64,000 bases of DNA from an uncultured Candidatus Saccharibacteria bacterium (GCA_964405015.1 CAYOME010000003.1:11359-75358), one strand, 5' to 3'; positions 19,308 to 29,140 are shown, numbered from the stretch's first letter. Numbers and translations are program-made. The notes: generated by a model not told the origin, from the letters alone.

Positions 19308-20069
19308 TCCTTTGCTATATGGTATTCCTACTTTGATGGAAAAAATATATTAAACAATAATATATCCAATAATAATTCTGAAATTCTTCAATATACAGAG
19401 CTCGAACTTGTAGATGACTCAGATTTTCTAGTTAAATTCGAGGATCTCCAAACTTTAGATAATAATAAAAAACTCAAATATTACTACATCCAGGATAGTA
19501 ATAATACAGACATAACTCCTCAGAGATTTCCAAGAAACACTGAATATCTTGCACTTTCAATAGTAAATGAAGATCAGATTTCTGGTGAGAATGCATTGCA
19601 GATATTCAATAGCAATAAACAAGACATTATCAATCACAACACAACTGCTCAATGGGTAGAACTTGGATCACCAGAGATATTTCAAGAAATAGAAACTGGA
19701 ACATACACTTTTGTTCAAGAGATTAAAGATATCTCCATACCACAAGCTCAATATGTATTTGCTATAGTAAGCTTAGGTGGTCATGTCTCCCTTATGCCTG
19801 CAGAAGAAGAAGGAGAATTAGTACACTTCTCTGTATATGCATTAATTGATAATAATATTCTACATTACAATCTATCTGGAAGAACTGGAACAATTCTTGA
19901 TATTTCCGACGAAGAGCATATGGGTTGTTTAGAACCATATACTGGAGATCCAGAAAACTATTTCTACAATCCTCAATGCCTTGTAGAAGTAGTTAAAGAT
20001 CCTAAGCACGAGCAAGAAATTAGGAGTAGATTCGAAGAAATGATTAAGGTTTTCGAATTAGAAAAGTAA
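19221..20069 (+). CDS. N-anchored extracytoplasmic protein, tandem paralog 2
   Basis: First 29 aa identical to paralog 1; shared GxPEIFQ, EIKDxxIP, SLG and QEIRxRFEEMIKVFELE. Confidence 0.75.
   Translation: MKKDSKTKYQMTKAFKIFLYFLPLLLLIYSFAIWYSYFDGKNILNNNISNNNSEILQYTELELVDDSDFLVKFEDLQTLDNNKKLKYYYIQDSNNTDITPQRFPRNTEYLALSIVNEDQISGENALQIFNSNKQDIINHNTTAQWVELGSPEIFQEIETGTYTFVQEIKDISIPQAQYVFAIVSLGGHVSLMPAEEEGELVHFSVYALIDNNILHYNLSGRTGTILDISDEEHMGCLEPYTGDPENYFYNPQCLVEVVKDPKHEQEIRSRFEEMIKVFELEK
20027..20063 (+). repeat. direct repeat B, copy 2
   Basis: Matches 19179-19215. Confidence 0.9.
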
Positions 20070-20134
20070 GAAATATTCTCCCATATCTCATTTCCTTTTA
20101 ATAAAAGGATAAAATAGATATAATATCCCCGTAT

Positions 20135-21961
20135 ATGGTAAATCGTACAGAATTAAACAAAATTAGGAACTTTTCAATAATAGCCCATATTGATCATGGA
20201 AAATCTACATTAGCAGATAGAATGTTAGAAGCTGCGCACATAGATATATCCAGAGATAAGAGAGAATCTAGGGTATTAGACAGATTAGAACTAGAACAAG
20301 AGAAAGGAATAACCATTAAACTACAAGAATGTAGAATGATATGGAAAGATTTTCAACTAAATCTCATAGACACTCCAGGACACGTAGACTTCTCATATGA
20401 AGTCTCAAGGTCTTTAGCTGCATGTGAGGCAGCAATCTTGCTTGTAGACGCATCACAGGGCGTTCAGGCACAAACAATATCGAACACTCAGAAAGCACTA
20501 GAGTTAGGATTAACATTAATACCAGTAATAAACAAAATTGATTTACCAAACGTTGATATAAAAGCAAGAGAACTAGAATTAGAACACCTTTTAGGATTTA
20601 GAAAGGAAGAAATAGTTAAGGTATCTGGTAAAACAGGAGAAGGAGTAGACAAATTGCTAGATGCAATTGTAGAGAAATGTCCCCCACCAGTAGGTAAAAC
20701 AAACTCACCACTAAAATCCCTAATCTTTGATTCCTTCTACGATGAACACAGAGGTGTAGTTGTTGCTGTAAGAATCATAGACGGAGAAATAAAATATATA
20801 CCTGGTAAATCACTAGATTTACATATCTTAAGAAAAAAAGAAATATTTAAACCAACAGAAGTAGGAATATTTACACCAGACTTGAAAGAAACAGAATACC
20901 TAGGAACCGGAGAGGTCGGATATATAGCTACAGGGTTTAAAGATATCAGTTTCTTTACAGTAGGAGACACTATCTCTGATTCAGACAAAACAGAACCACT
21001 AGAAGGGTACAAAACACCAAAACCAAATGTATTTGCAACATTCTTTCCAGTAACACCAGACGACTATGAACCACTCAAGATGGGATTAAGTAAACTAAGT
21101 ATGAATGATGCAGCCCTTACATTCACTGACCAAAGATCAAATATGTTAGGATCTGGATTTAGATGCGGTTTCCTTGGATTGCTACATATGGAAATAATTC
21201 AAGAAAGACTAGAAAGAGAATATGATGTAGATTTGATAATTACAGCACCTACAGTAGAGTATGAAATTGTAAAAAATACTGGAGAAAGAATAAATATACA
21301 AACACCACAAGAATTACCTGACCCTTCAGAGATAGATGAGATATTTGAGCCGTGGGTAAGATTAAAGATAATGACACCCGACAGATACATGGGACCATTA
21401 ATGGAACTTTGCCAATACAAGAGAGGACAATATGTAAATACACATTACCTAAATACTTCGACTACAGATATACAATTAAACGATCAATATATTGAACTAG
21501 AATATGATATTCCCCTAGCCTCTTTAGTATCAAATTTCTTTGATCAATTGAAAAACAAATCTAGTGGATATGCATCTATGGAATATGAATTTATTGATTT
21601 CTTCCCTGTAGATTTAGTAAAGGTTGCAATATTAATCAATCACGAAGAAATCCCTGCATTAAGTTTCTTAGAAACAAGAGAAGGTGCTAGATCAAAAGCA
21701 GCAAAACTACTAGAAGTAATGAAAGAGGAAATACCAAGACAACAATTCCCTATCCCACTTCAAGCCTCTATTGGAGCAAAGATAATTGCAAGAGAGGATG
21801 TAAAAGCATTTAGAAAAGATGTAACAGCAAAGCTCTATGGTGGAGACTATACACGTAGATTAAAACTTCTTGAAAAACAGAAGAAAGGTAAGAAGAGACT
21901 AAAGATGATTGGACAGGTTAATGTCCCTCAAGAAGCATTCCTAAGTATATTAAAGACCTAA
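20135..21961 (+). CDS. lepA: elongation factor 4 (LepA)
   Basis: IRNFSIIAHIDHGKSTLADR, GFRCGFLGLLHMEIIQERLERE and RKDVTAKLYGGD motifs. Confidence 0.98.
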   Translation: MVNRTELNKIRNFSIIAHIDHGKSTLADRMLEAAHIDISRDKRESRVLDRLELEQEKGITIKLQECRMIWKDFQLNLIDTPGHVDFSYEVSRSLAACEAAILLVDASQGVQAQTISNTQKALELGLTLIPVINKIDLPNVDIKARELELEHLLGFRKEEIVKVSGKTGEGVDKLLDAIVEKCPPPVGKTNSPLKSLIFDSFYDEHRGVVVAVRIIDGEIKYIPGKSLDLHILRKKEIFKPTEVGIFTPDLKETEYLGTGEVGYIATGFKDISFFTVGDTISDSDKTEPLEGYKTPKPNVFATFFPVTPDDYEPLKMGLSKLSMNDAALTFTDQRSNMLGSGFRCGFLGLLHMEIIQERLEREYDVDLIITAPTVEYEIVKNTGERINIQTPQELPDPSEIDEIFEPWVRLKIMTPDRYMGPLMELCQYKRGQYVNTHYLNTSTTDIQLNDQYIELEYDIPLASLVSNFFDQLKNKSSGYASMEYEFIDFFPVDLVKVAILINHEEIPALSFLETREGARSKAAKLLEVMKEEIPRQQFPIPLQASIGAKIIAREDVKAFRKDVTAKLYGGDYTRRLKLLEKQKKGKKRLKMIGQVNVPQEAFLSILKT

Positions 21962-23037
21962 TGATACAAAAGTTAGTACTTAAAAACTTTAGAAAGTTTA
22001 AGGAAAAGAGTTTTGAATTTGACAAAAATATCTCAATATTTTACGGAAGCAATGCACAGGGTAAAAGCTCTGTACTTGAAGCATTGTATATCGTCAGTAC
22101 AGGCAAATCTCCATGGGCGAGTACAGATGAATATATAAATACACAACAAGAGAAACAGATACATACAAGAATTGAAATATTTAGAGATGACAAAAGCTAT
22201 GTATATTTCAAAGATGAACTTAAGAGACTCTTTAAAATAGATGGGAAGAATGTAAGAAGTAAAACATTCTTTGAAAATACTTCTGCTACAATCTTTAATC
22301 CAGAAAAAATAGAACTACTAATGATATCCTCTTCTCAAAGAAGAGATTTCTTGGATGAGACCATATCTAAATACAACTATGAATACGAATCTACTCTAAA
22401 GAAATTCAGAAGGGTATTAAAACAAAGAAATGCACATTTAAAGAAATTAGCAAAACTCTTCTATGAAAAAGGAGTAATAGCTGTAAATGATCCACAGTTA
22501 AATTTCTGGTCGAAAGAGTTTGTCGAAGTAAGTATTGATATTCTAAGAGAGAGGATATTACTTACTAAAGATCTTTCGAAAGAAGGATATGAAATTAGAT
22601 ACAAGAGTGGTTTTGAAATAGATAGGAGGAAAATATCTAATATACAATATCTTAAAGAGAAGCTTACCGATGATTTAGAAAATAGTAAGAGAAGAGATAT
22701 TGCAACTGGATATACAAATGTAGGACCACATAGAGATGATTGGGAAATATCACTTGGGGTAGATATACGCAAATTCGGTTCGAGAGGTGAAAAGAGATTA
22801 GCAATTGGTATGTTAATATTCCAAACACAAGAGGTAATATATTCACATACAGGATTCTACCCTATTCTTCTTTTGGATGATATCGCATCAGAGTTAGATA
22901 TATACAATACAAAAAAGATCTTTGAGAAGGGATATTTGGACAAACAACAGACCTTTATTACAGTAATTGATAAAGATACCTTACCAAAAGATATCCTAAA
23001 AGATTCTCTCATTGTTCATCTAAATGGTGAGAAATAA
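21961..23037 (+). CDS. recF: DNA replication/repair protein RecF
   Basis: GSNAQGKS Walker A; GPHRDD, GSRGEKR and PILLLDDIASELD motifs; TAATG overlap with lepA. Confidence 0.95.
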   Translation: MIQKLVLKNFRKFKEKSFEFDKNISIFYGSNAQGKSSVLEALYIVSTGKSPWASTDEYINTQQEKQIHTRIEIFRDDKSYVYFKDELKRLFKIDGKNVRSKTFFENTSATIFNPEKIELLMISSSQRRDFLDETISKYNYEYESTLKKFRRVLKQRNAHLKKLAKLFYEKGVIAVNDPQLNFWSKEFVEVSIDILRERILLTKDLSKEGYEIRYKSGFEIDRRKISNIQYLKEKLTDDLENSKRRDIATGYTNVGPHRDDWEISLGVDIRKFGSRGEKRLAIGMLIFQTQEVIYSHTGFYPILLLDDIASELDIYNTKKIFEKGYLDKQQTFITVIDKDTLPKDILKDSLIVHLNGEK

Positions 23038-23823
23038 CTACTTCAATTTCTTTAATATTTTCTTTTTGTAATCACTAGGAAAAAATTCAATCCTTCCGAC
23101 CTTGTAGTTATGCAATATCCGTCGAATCTCTGGTCTATGCCCAGAGATAATCATAAAGAATACTTGAGATATGTAAGCTAATATATTCAGAATTCTAATA
23201 AAGGAATTTACCTTCTTTACAGAAAGATCCTTCTGTTCGAAATTGCTTTGTTGCACAAAGTAATCATTTTTTAACCAATCATTTCTTTTGTAAATGTATT
23301 TAAGATACCTCTCATTGTATATCGGTATTAAATACATCAACTCATGAAGATTGAATATGTCTGATTCTAGTTGAAGACCTCTTTCCTCTGAAATAAAGTT
23401 GATACAAAGAAGATCTTTTACATTCTCTCCATCATTTTTAGATCGAATGAAATGACTCTTTAAATTTCTTAACTTTAATATCCCTCTGTATATCCATGCA
23501 CAATCATCACGTACGACAATTAATATATCAATATCATCATCTTCTTTAGCAAAACCTGCAGCAATAGAACCAGAGATACCAATAAATTGAACCAAATCAT
23601 TTACTAAGAGATCCTTAATATGCTCCTTTGCTATCTTTAATTTACTAAAGATATATTCCGATTCAATATTTTTTGTACCCTTTTCGAAATACTTTGAGTT
23701 TGATATTTGTACTACTTCTTTACCCCATATTGATTTGGCCTTCTTTAAAGAAAGCTTTAATCCCATATTTGATTTGAATTTGATAAAATCACCTACTATT
23801 TTGTTTAACTCTTTTGGAAACAT
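23038..23823 (-). CDS. Pol-beta superfamily nucleotidyltransferase-domain protein
   Basis: GISGSIAAG...DDDIDILIV (GS...DxD) motif; extended -10 TGcTATCAT 8 nt upstream of the ATG. Confidence 0.75.
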   Translation of the reverse strand: MFPKELNKIVGDFIKFKSNMGLKLSLKKAKSIWGKEVVQISNSKYFEKGTKNIESEYIFSKLKIAKEHIKDLLVNDLVQFIGISGSIAAGFAKEDDDIDILIVVRDDCAWIYRGILKLRNLKSHFIRSKNDGENVKDLLCINFISEERGLQLESDIFNLHELMYLIPIYNERYLKYIYKRNDWLKNDYFVQQSNFEQKDLSVKKVNSFIRILNILAYISQVFFMIISGHRPEIRRILHNYKVGRIEFFPSDYKKKILKKLK

Positions 23824-23908
23824 TACAGGATATGATAGCAGTTACAACATTTTTTAAGAAGTATTCACTCCACTATTACACATAATTCTGGTAAACTATT
23901 CTTGAATA

Positions 23909-24754
23909 ATGAGACAACACCCTATTCCACAAAATGTATTAGATATTGAATTCAAACTCTTTACAAGGTTTACCCTTAAGGAGTTTGCATATTTGGCTTT
24001 AGGTATTGGAACTGGAGGTATATTTCTCTACTTTTCAATTAGAGGGGATATTCCTGGAATAGTTGGTATTCCAATTTTTGCAATACTTTCAGGTATAGGG
24101 AGTTTTTTAGCATTGGTTCCAATAAATGATTTACCTGCAGATAAAGCAATATCAAATTTTTTCGCTGCAATTAATAAACCTACTCAAAGAGTATGGTTAA
24201 ATGAAACATTAAAAGAACAGAGATCTAAACCAGTATTAGCTCCAGAGGATGATGAAAAGAAGGTGGTAATTGGTGGTTCGAAGATGAGTGAAGATCAAAA
24301 AACACAGATATTCGTAGAAAATCCTGGAGATGATATATTAGCTTCATCTGAGGAGGTAAATACAAATATAGAGAATGTGCCTGTTACACAAGAGAAAGCA
24401 ATTGAAAGTAATATTCCGATTTCTGAAGAATATATTACAATCTCTGATGTAAATTTAAATCAGTATCAATTTCCAATTAGGATTGTAGATCAATTACCAG
24501 GGAATATTAACATATGGCTTTGTACAAGAGATAATCAACCACTTTCGAATATAAATACATATTTAAAAGATAGTCAGGGAAAGATATTGTATGCTAACAA
24601 AACTGGTCCTAATGGGTACTTTCTTTCAAATAGAATTTTTCCTGAAGGAGTATATACTGTAGAGTTTGAAGGAGCAGTATCTGGATTACCTAAGATAAAG
24701 ATATTACTTTCTAAAAGTTTTGGTAAATTACCTTTGAAGATATCGATAAAATAA
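23909..24754 (+). CDS. PrgI family (VirB3-like) membrane protein with a C-terminal beta-sandwich domain
   Basis: MRQHPIPQNVLDIEFKLF...TLKEF followed by two TMs and PTQRVW; carboxypeptidase-regulatory-like C-terminus. Confidence 0.8.
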   Translation: MRQHPIPQNVLDIEFKLFTRFTLKEFAYLALGIGTGGIFLYFSIRGDIPGIVGIPIFAILSGIGSFLALVPINDLPADKAISNFFAAINKPTQRVWLNETLKEQRSKPVLAPEDDEKKVVIGGSKMSEDQKTQIFVENPGDDILASSEEVNTNIENVPVTQEKAIESNIPISEEYITISDVNLNQYQFPIRIVDQLPGNINIWLCTRDNQPLSNINTYLKDSQGKILYANKTGPNGYFLSNRIFPEGVYTVEFEGAVSGLPKIKILLSKSFGKLPLKISIK

Positions 24755-25413
24755 TGGATGTAAATGCAAGAGCAAGAACAACGGCTTCTACTCAAGAACA
24801 TCTCGAAGTAAGAGAGATTATAGATGATTTAGTTGTTACTACTAGTGGTAGTGTAGCTTTGGTTTTACAAACTTCAGCTATTAACTTCGATCTTTTGGCA
24901 GAGTATGAACAGGATAGTAAGATATATGCTTTTGCAGGGCTACTAAACTCTCTTAATTTCCATATACAGATATTAATTAGAACAAGAAGAATAGATATAT
25001 CTAACTACGTTGATTACCTTAAAGCTCAAGAGAATGAGAGTATGTCGGAAGGATTAAAAAAACAGTTACAAATATACACAGAGTTTATACAGAATTTAAT
25101 AGTTCAAAACGATGTATTAGACAAGACTTTTTTAATAGTTGTACCCTTTAATCCAGCAGGTGAGATTCCTACAACAGGGTTACTAAAATCTAAACAAAAC
25201 AGAGAAGAAATAGAGAAGAGTTTACAATTGAAACAGGAACAGCTATTAGAGAAAGCTAAGATATTCTTGTATCCAAAGAGAGATCATATATTAAAGCAAT
25301 TAGGTAGAATGGGACTATTTGGACACCAATTAACTAACAAAGAGTTAATTACAGAATTCTATACAATATATAATCCTGATGAGGAGTTACCAAAGGACGA
25401 AGATGATGAATAA
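24754..25413 (+). CDS. TraC/VirB4 N-terminal-like partner protein
   Basis: STQEHLEVREIIDDLVV...INFDLL..EQD...FAGLLNSLNFHIQILIRTRRIDI; TAATG-coupled to the PrgI gene. Confidence 0.7.
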   Translation: MDVNARARTTASTQEHLEVREIIDDLVVTTSGSVALVLQTSAINFDLLAEYEQDSKIYAFAGLLNSLNFHIQILIRTRRIDISNYVDYLKAQENESMSEGLKKQLQIYTEFIQNLIVQNDVLDKTFLIVVPFNPAGEIPTTGLLKSKQNREEIEKSLQLKQEQLLEKAKIFLYPKRDHILKQLGRMGLFGHQLTNKELITEFYTIYNPDEELPKDEDDE

Positions 25414-27784
25414 CGGATTTACACAAAACAATATTGAATCTAAAACTATGCAGAAATTAACTGAGAGACAGAATCAGTTTACTCAGAATAAATATGCAGA
25501 TTTTCAAAAAAATCTAAAAGAAGAAATCACAACAACAAGGATAGAAAAATCTTCCATAGATCCAAAAGACAGATTCAACGATACACAAAAAGAAGAGAAG
25601 AAGGTTAATCCATTCTTCAAATTACTTGATAATTTCAAAGCAACTGTAGGTATGAAAGAGAAACCTAAGGCTGCAGTAGCTACTGAAAAACAAGTAGGTA
25701 AATTCTCTGGTATGACTACACAAGATATCATTGCCCCTATTGATATTGAAGTGGATTTTAATACATTACAAATGGGTGATTATTACTCAAGAACATTCTT
25801 TATCAGTGGATATCCAAGATTTGTAGGACCTAACTGGCTCTCCCCTATCATTAACTTTGAACACTCACTTAGAATCAGTACGTTCTACTACCCTGTAGAT
25901 TCAAAGATAATACTCGAGAAGCTCAAAAAGAAGATTGGAGAGATGGAAGCTACACTTTACTCTCAAATGGAAGATAGAAAAGTTGTAGACCCCTCTTTGA
26001 AGGTTGCTCTTTCTGATGCACAACAATTACAAGACTCTATAGCAGAGGGGACAGAAAAGTTCTTCCATTTTACAATGTATGTAACAATATATGCTCCTAC
26101 AAAAGATTTACTAGAGAAATATTCTAGAAATGTAACCTCTACTCTTGCAGCTATGAATGTAGTTGCAAAACCAGCTACACTTCAACAAGAACAAGGCTTT
26201 ATCAGTACACAACCATTAGGATTAGACAAGCTGTACATCACTAGAAATATGGATACTACATCTCTTGCTACAACATTCCCATTTGTTACTTCAGAATTAA
26301 CAATGGATCATGGAATTATGTACGGTATTAATATGCATAACAAGAGTTTAGTAATATTTGATAGGTTTGAATTAGAGAATGCGAATGCTGTTGTATTTGC
26401 AAAATCTGGAGCAGGTAAGAGTTACTTTGTAAAACTAGAAGCAGTAAGAAGCTTAATGTTAGGCACTCATGTGATTATCATTGATCCAGAGAGAGAATAT
26501 GAAGATCTTTCTAAGGCAGTCAATGGTGCATATATATCATTCTCACAAGACAAGGGACACAAGATGAATCCATTTGAACTTTCAGGTGTATCCGAAGAAG
26601 GAGATGATGAGTTAAGAATGAAGTTACTTTCTTTGCAAGGATTCTTTAAGGTTATGTTTGATGGTTTAACCAATGTCGAGACATCAATACTTGATAGAGC
26701 ATTAATATTAACATACAGAGAAAAAGGTATTACATTTGATCCTGCCACACAAAAAAGACCTGCACCTCTTTTAGAAGATCTTTACAAAGTACTAAAGGGT
26801 ATGGCAGAGATAGAGGCACATGACCTTTCAAAGAGGATGGAAAAATACATAATGGGTAGTGCTGCTGGTATTTTCAATGAAGCTAGTAACTTTGAAATTA
26901 ACAATCCGTTTACAGTATTTAGTGTAAGAGATTTACAGGAAGAACTTAAACCTCTAGCAATGTATCTTATGCTTGATTTCATATGGACTAAGATTCGTAA
27001 GGATCAAAGAAGAAGATTACTAATCGTAGATGAGGCATGGTATATGATGCAAAGAGAAGACTCTGCCAAATTTATGTACTCTCTTGCTAAAAGAGCTAGA
27101 AAATATTACTTAGGACTCACAACTATTACTCAAGATGTTGCTGACTTTATGAACAATGATATGGGTAGAGCAATTATATCTAACTCCTCTATCCAAATCC
27201 TTATGAAGCAGAGTCCTTCTGCTGTAGAGAAATTACAACAAGTATTCAATCTCTCTGACGGAGAAAGAAACTTTTTGCTTAACTGTGATAGAGGACAAGG
27301 TTTGTTCTTTGCTGGTGCAAATCATGTAGGTATACATGTACTTTCTAGCCAAGCAGAACATGAATTAATTACCTCTGATCCAAGAGAGTTAGAAGCAAAG
27401 AGAAATACTCAAGGTATGACAGACACAAGAGGTATAAAGGAGCTTGCTCAGATATTTGAATCTCCAGCAATGCAACAACCAATGAGAACATCCAATGGTG
27501 ATAGTAATAGACAGAATGAATTGATAGAGAGGGCAGTAGAAAGAAGACAAGGTGATATTGAAAAGATCAAGAGTGAGAGAGAAATATATCAGGAAGAATT
27601 AGAAAAGAGATTAAGGGAACAAGAAGAGATGCTAAATCCTAAAAAGTTTGAGAGTCAAAAATCTTTTGTAGATATGATAGATGAGAACACTATTCCAGGA
27701 CAAGTAAAAAAACAAAGGGAAGATTTAAATAAAGGGAGAATGCATATTACTCCACAAGGTATAGTAGATAATGACAAACAATAA
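25403..27784 (+). CDS. VirB4-like (T4SS/conjugation-type) ATPase
   Basis: ENANAVVFAKSGAGKSY Walker A; IIDPEREY; LLIVDEAW Walker B; KRARKY and TQDV motifs; N- and C-terminal extensions. Confidence 0.9.
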   Translation: MMNNGFTQNNIESKTMQKLTERQNQFTQNKYADFQKNLKEEITTTRIEKSSIDPKDRFNDTQKEEKKVNPFFKLLDNFKATVGMKEKPKAAVATEKQVGKFSGMTTQDIIAPIDIEVDFNTLQMGDYYSRTFFISGYPRFVGPNWLSPIINFEHSLRISTFYYPVDSKIILEKLKKKIGEMEATLYSQMEDRKVVDPSLKVALSDAQQLQDSIAEGTEKFFHFTMYVTIYAPTKDLLEKYSRNVTSTLAAMNVVAKPATLQQEQGFISTQPLGLDKLYITRNMDTTSLATTFPFVTSELTMDHGIMYGINMHNKSLVIFDRFELENANAVVFAKSGAGKSYFVKLEAVRSLMLGTHVIIIDPEREYEDLSKAVNGAYISFSQDKGHKMNPFELSGVSEEGDDELRMKLLSLQGFFKVMFDGLTNVETSILDRALILTYREKGITFDPATQKRPAPLLEDLYKVLKGMAEIEAHDLSKRMEKYIMGSAAGIFNEASNFEINNPFTVFSVRDLQEELKPLAMYLMLDFIWTKIRKDQRRRLLIVDEAWYMMQREDSAKFMYSLAKRARKYYLGLTTITQDVADFMNNDMGRAIISNSSIQILMKQSPSAVEKLQQVFNLSDGERNFLLNCDRGQGLFFAGANHVGIHVLSSQAEHELITSDPRELEAKRNTQGMTDTRGIKELAQIFESPAMQQPMRTSNGDSNRQNELIERAVERRQGDIEKIKSEREIYQEELEKRLREQEEMLNPKKFESQKSFVDMIDENTIPGQVKKQREDLNKGRMHITPQGIVDNDKQ

Positions 27785-27992
27785 TAGTGACAATACAAGG
27801 AAATATCTTGTAACAGAAGCTGTAGATATTAAAGCCTTAAGTCAAGAGAAGGTTAGTAATGATTTAAAGATATTAGAGAAGTTTGAAACTAGAAGTAAGA
27901 TACGTACAGATCTTTCAAGAGGAATGAACAATACGAAGCTCTCCAGGGTAATGAAAGCCTTACAATTAACAAACCCATTTAAAGGATATTAA
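27771..27992 (+). CDS. small hypothetical protein coupled to VirB4
   Basis: 73 aa; overlaps the VirB4 stop by 14 bp and fills the gap to the convergent gene. Confidence 0.55.
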   Translation: MTNNNSDNTRKYLVTEAVDIKALSQEKVSNDLKILEKFETRSKIRTDLSRGMNNTKLSRVMKALQLTNPFKGY

Positions 27993-29140
27993 CTCAAAGG
28001 TCCTTGATCAGGTAATACATACTCCTTAACATTTTCAGGTGTAATGATAATAGGTACTGGATGACCTCCAATAATTTGTCTTGCAGCACTTCTCATTAAG
28101 GTTGCAATATTTCTTTCTAATTGACGAATACCTGCATCGAAACCAACAGGTCTTATTAATAATGGCCATACCTCATCTTGTATTTGAATATGTTGAGTAG
28201 TTAATCCCATATTCTTTAAAACCTTAGGAAGAATATATGATTTAGCAATAACACCCTTCTCTTCATCTGAGTAACTGGTAAACCTAATTATCTCCACCCT
28301 ATCTAGTAAAGCTGCTGAAAGACCACCTAAGTTGTTGGCGGTACATATGAAAAATACTTGAGAAAGATCTATTGGATGATCAACATAGTGATCTACAAAT
28401 GTAGCATTCTGTTCAGGATCCAATATCTCGAGTAATGCAGCCATAACATCATTAAGTAAACCTGCATTACCACTAGCCTTCTCTATCTCATCGATAAGGA
28501 TAACAGGATTCATTGTTTGAGTCCTTATCAATGCCTTTACAATCTGACCAGGTTCAGAATCTATTTCATGCCTAGGAGTACCTCTTAAAGTACGAACATC
28601 ACCGATAGCTCCTAAGGATACTCTTGCGAATTTTCTACCCATTGATTGAGCTATAGATTTAGCAATAGAGGTTTTACCCACACCTTGTAGACCTAAGAAA
28701 AGTAATACTGGAGCATTAGCTGAAGAACCTCTTAAGTTCGCCATATCCTGACCTTGAGTTTGTGTATTACTCTTACCTGTTAATTTCTGTAGTTGCATTA
28801 CTGCAAGGTAATCAAGTATGAGATTTTTAACAATATCCATACCGTAGTGAGTAGAATCCATCAACTGTTTTGCATTTGCAATATCCAAGTTATCCTCAGA
28901 TATTACTCCCCAAGGAATTCTAGTAACCCAATCTACAAACTTATCAACACTCTCAAATTCTGAGCTATAGTTTCCCCACTTAGCCATTCTTTCAAGTCTT
29001 TGAATAGTTCTAGTGACTTCTTCCTTTAATTCTATTGGTGCATGAGAAGAAGATACCTTGTTTTGTAATTCCACTATCTCAGAAAGAATAGTTTTTTCAT
29101 CCGTAGGGGTTGTATATGATTTGGCAGTATTTAAATCCAT
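27989..29140 (-). CDS. Lon-derived AAA+ ATPase lacking the N-terminal and protease domains
   Basis: DWVTRIPW, HYGM, GVGKTS, NPVILIDEIEK, LLEILDPEQN.TFVDHY and GIRQLER motifs; stops right after ITPENVKEY. Likely start ATG 29140. Confidence 0.88.
   Translation of the reverse strand: MDLNTAKSYTTPTDEKTILSEIVELQNKVSSSHAPIELKEEVTRTIQRLERMAKWGNYSSEFESVDKFVDWVTRIPWGVISEDNLDIANAKQLMDSTHYGMDIVKNLILDYLAVMQLQKLTGKSNTQTQGQDMANLRGSSANAPVLLFLGLQGVGKTSIAKSIAQSMGRKFARVSLGAIGDVRTLRGTPRHEIDSEPGQIVKALIRTQTMNPVILIDEIEKASGNAGLLNDVMAALLEILDPEQNATFVDHYVDHPIDLSQVFFICTANNLGGLSAALLDRVEIIRFTSYSDEEKGVIAKSYILPKVLKNMGLTTQHIQIQDEVWPLLIRPVGFDAGIRQLERNIATLMRSAARQIIGGHPVPIIITPENVKEYVLPDQGPLS

Noticed and set aside
17963-20069. 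Repeats as a CRISPR array, DGR TR/VR pair or integron
   Set aside because: Only two copies, both coding; no spacers, no adenine-specific mismatch pattern, and no cas, reverse transcriptase or integrase in the window.
23909-27992. Integrative conjugative element
   Set aside because: No integrase, relaxase, tRNA target or flanking att repeats were seen.
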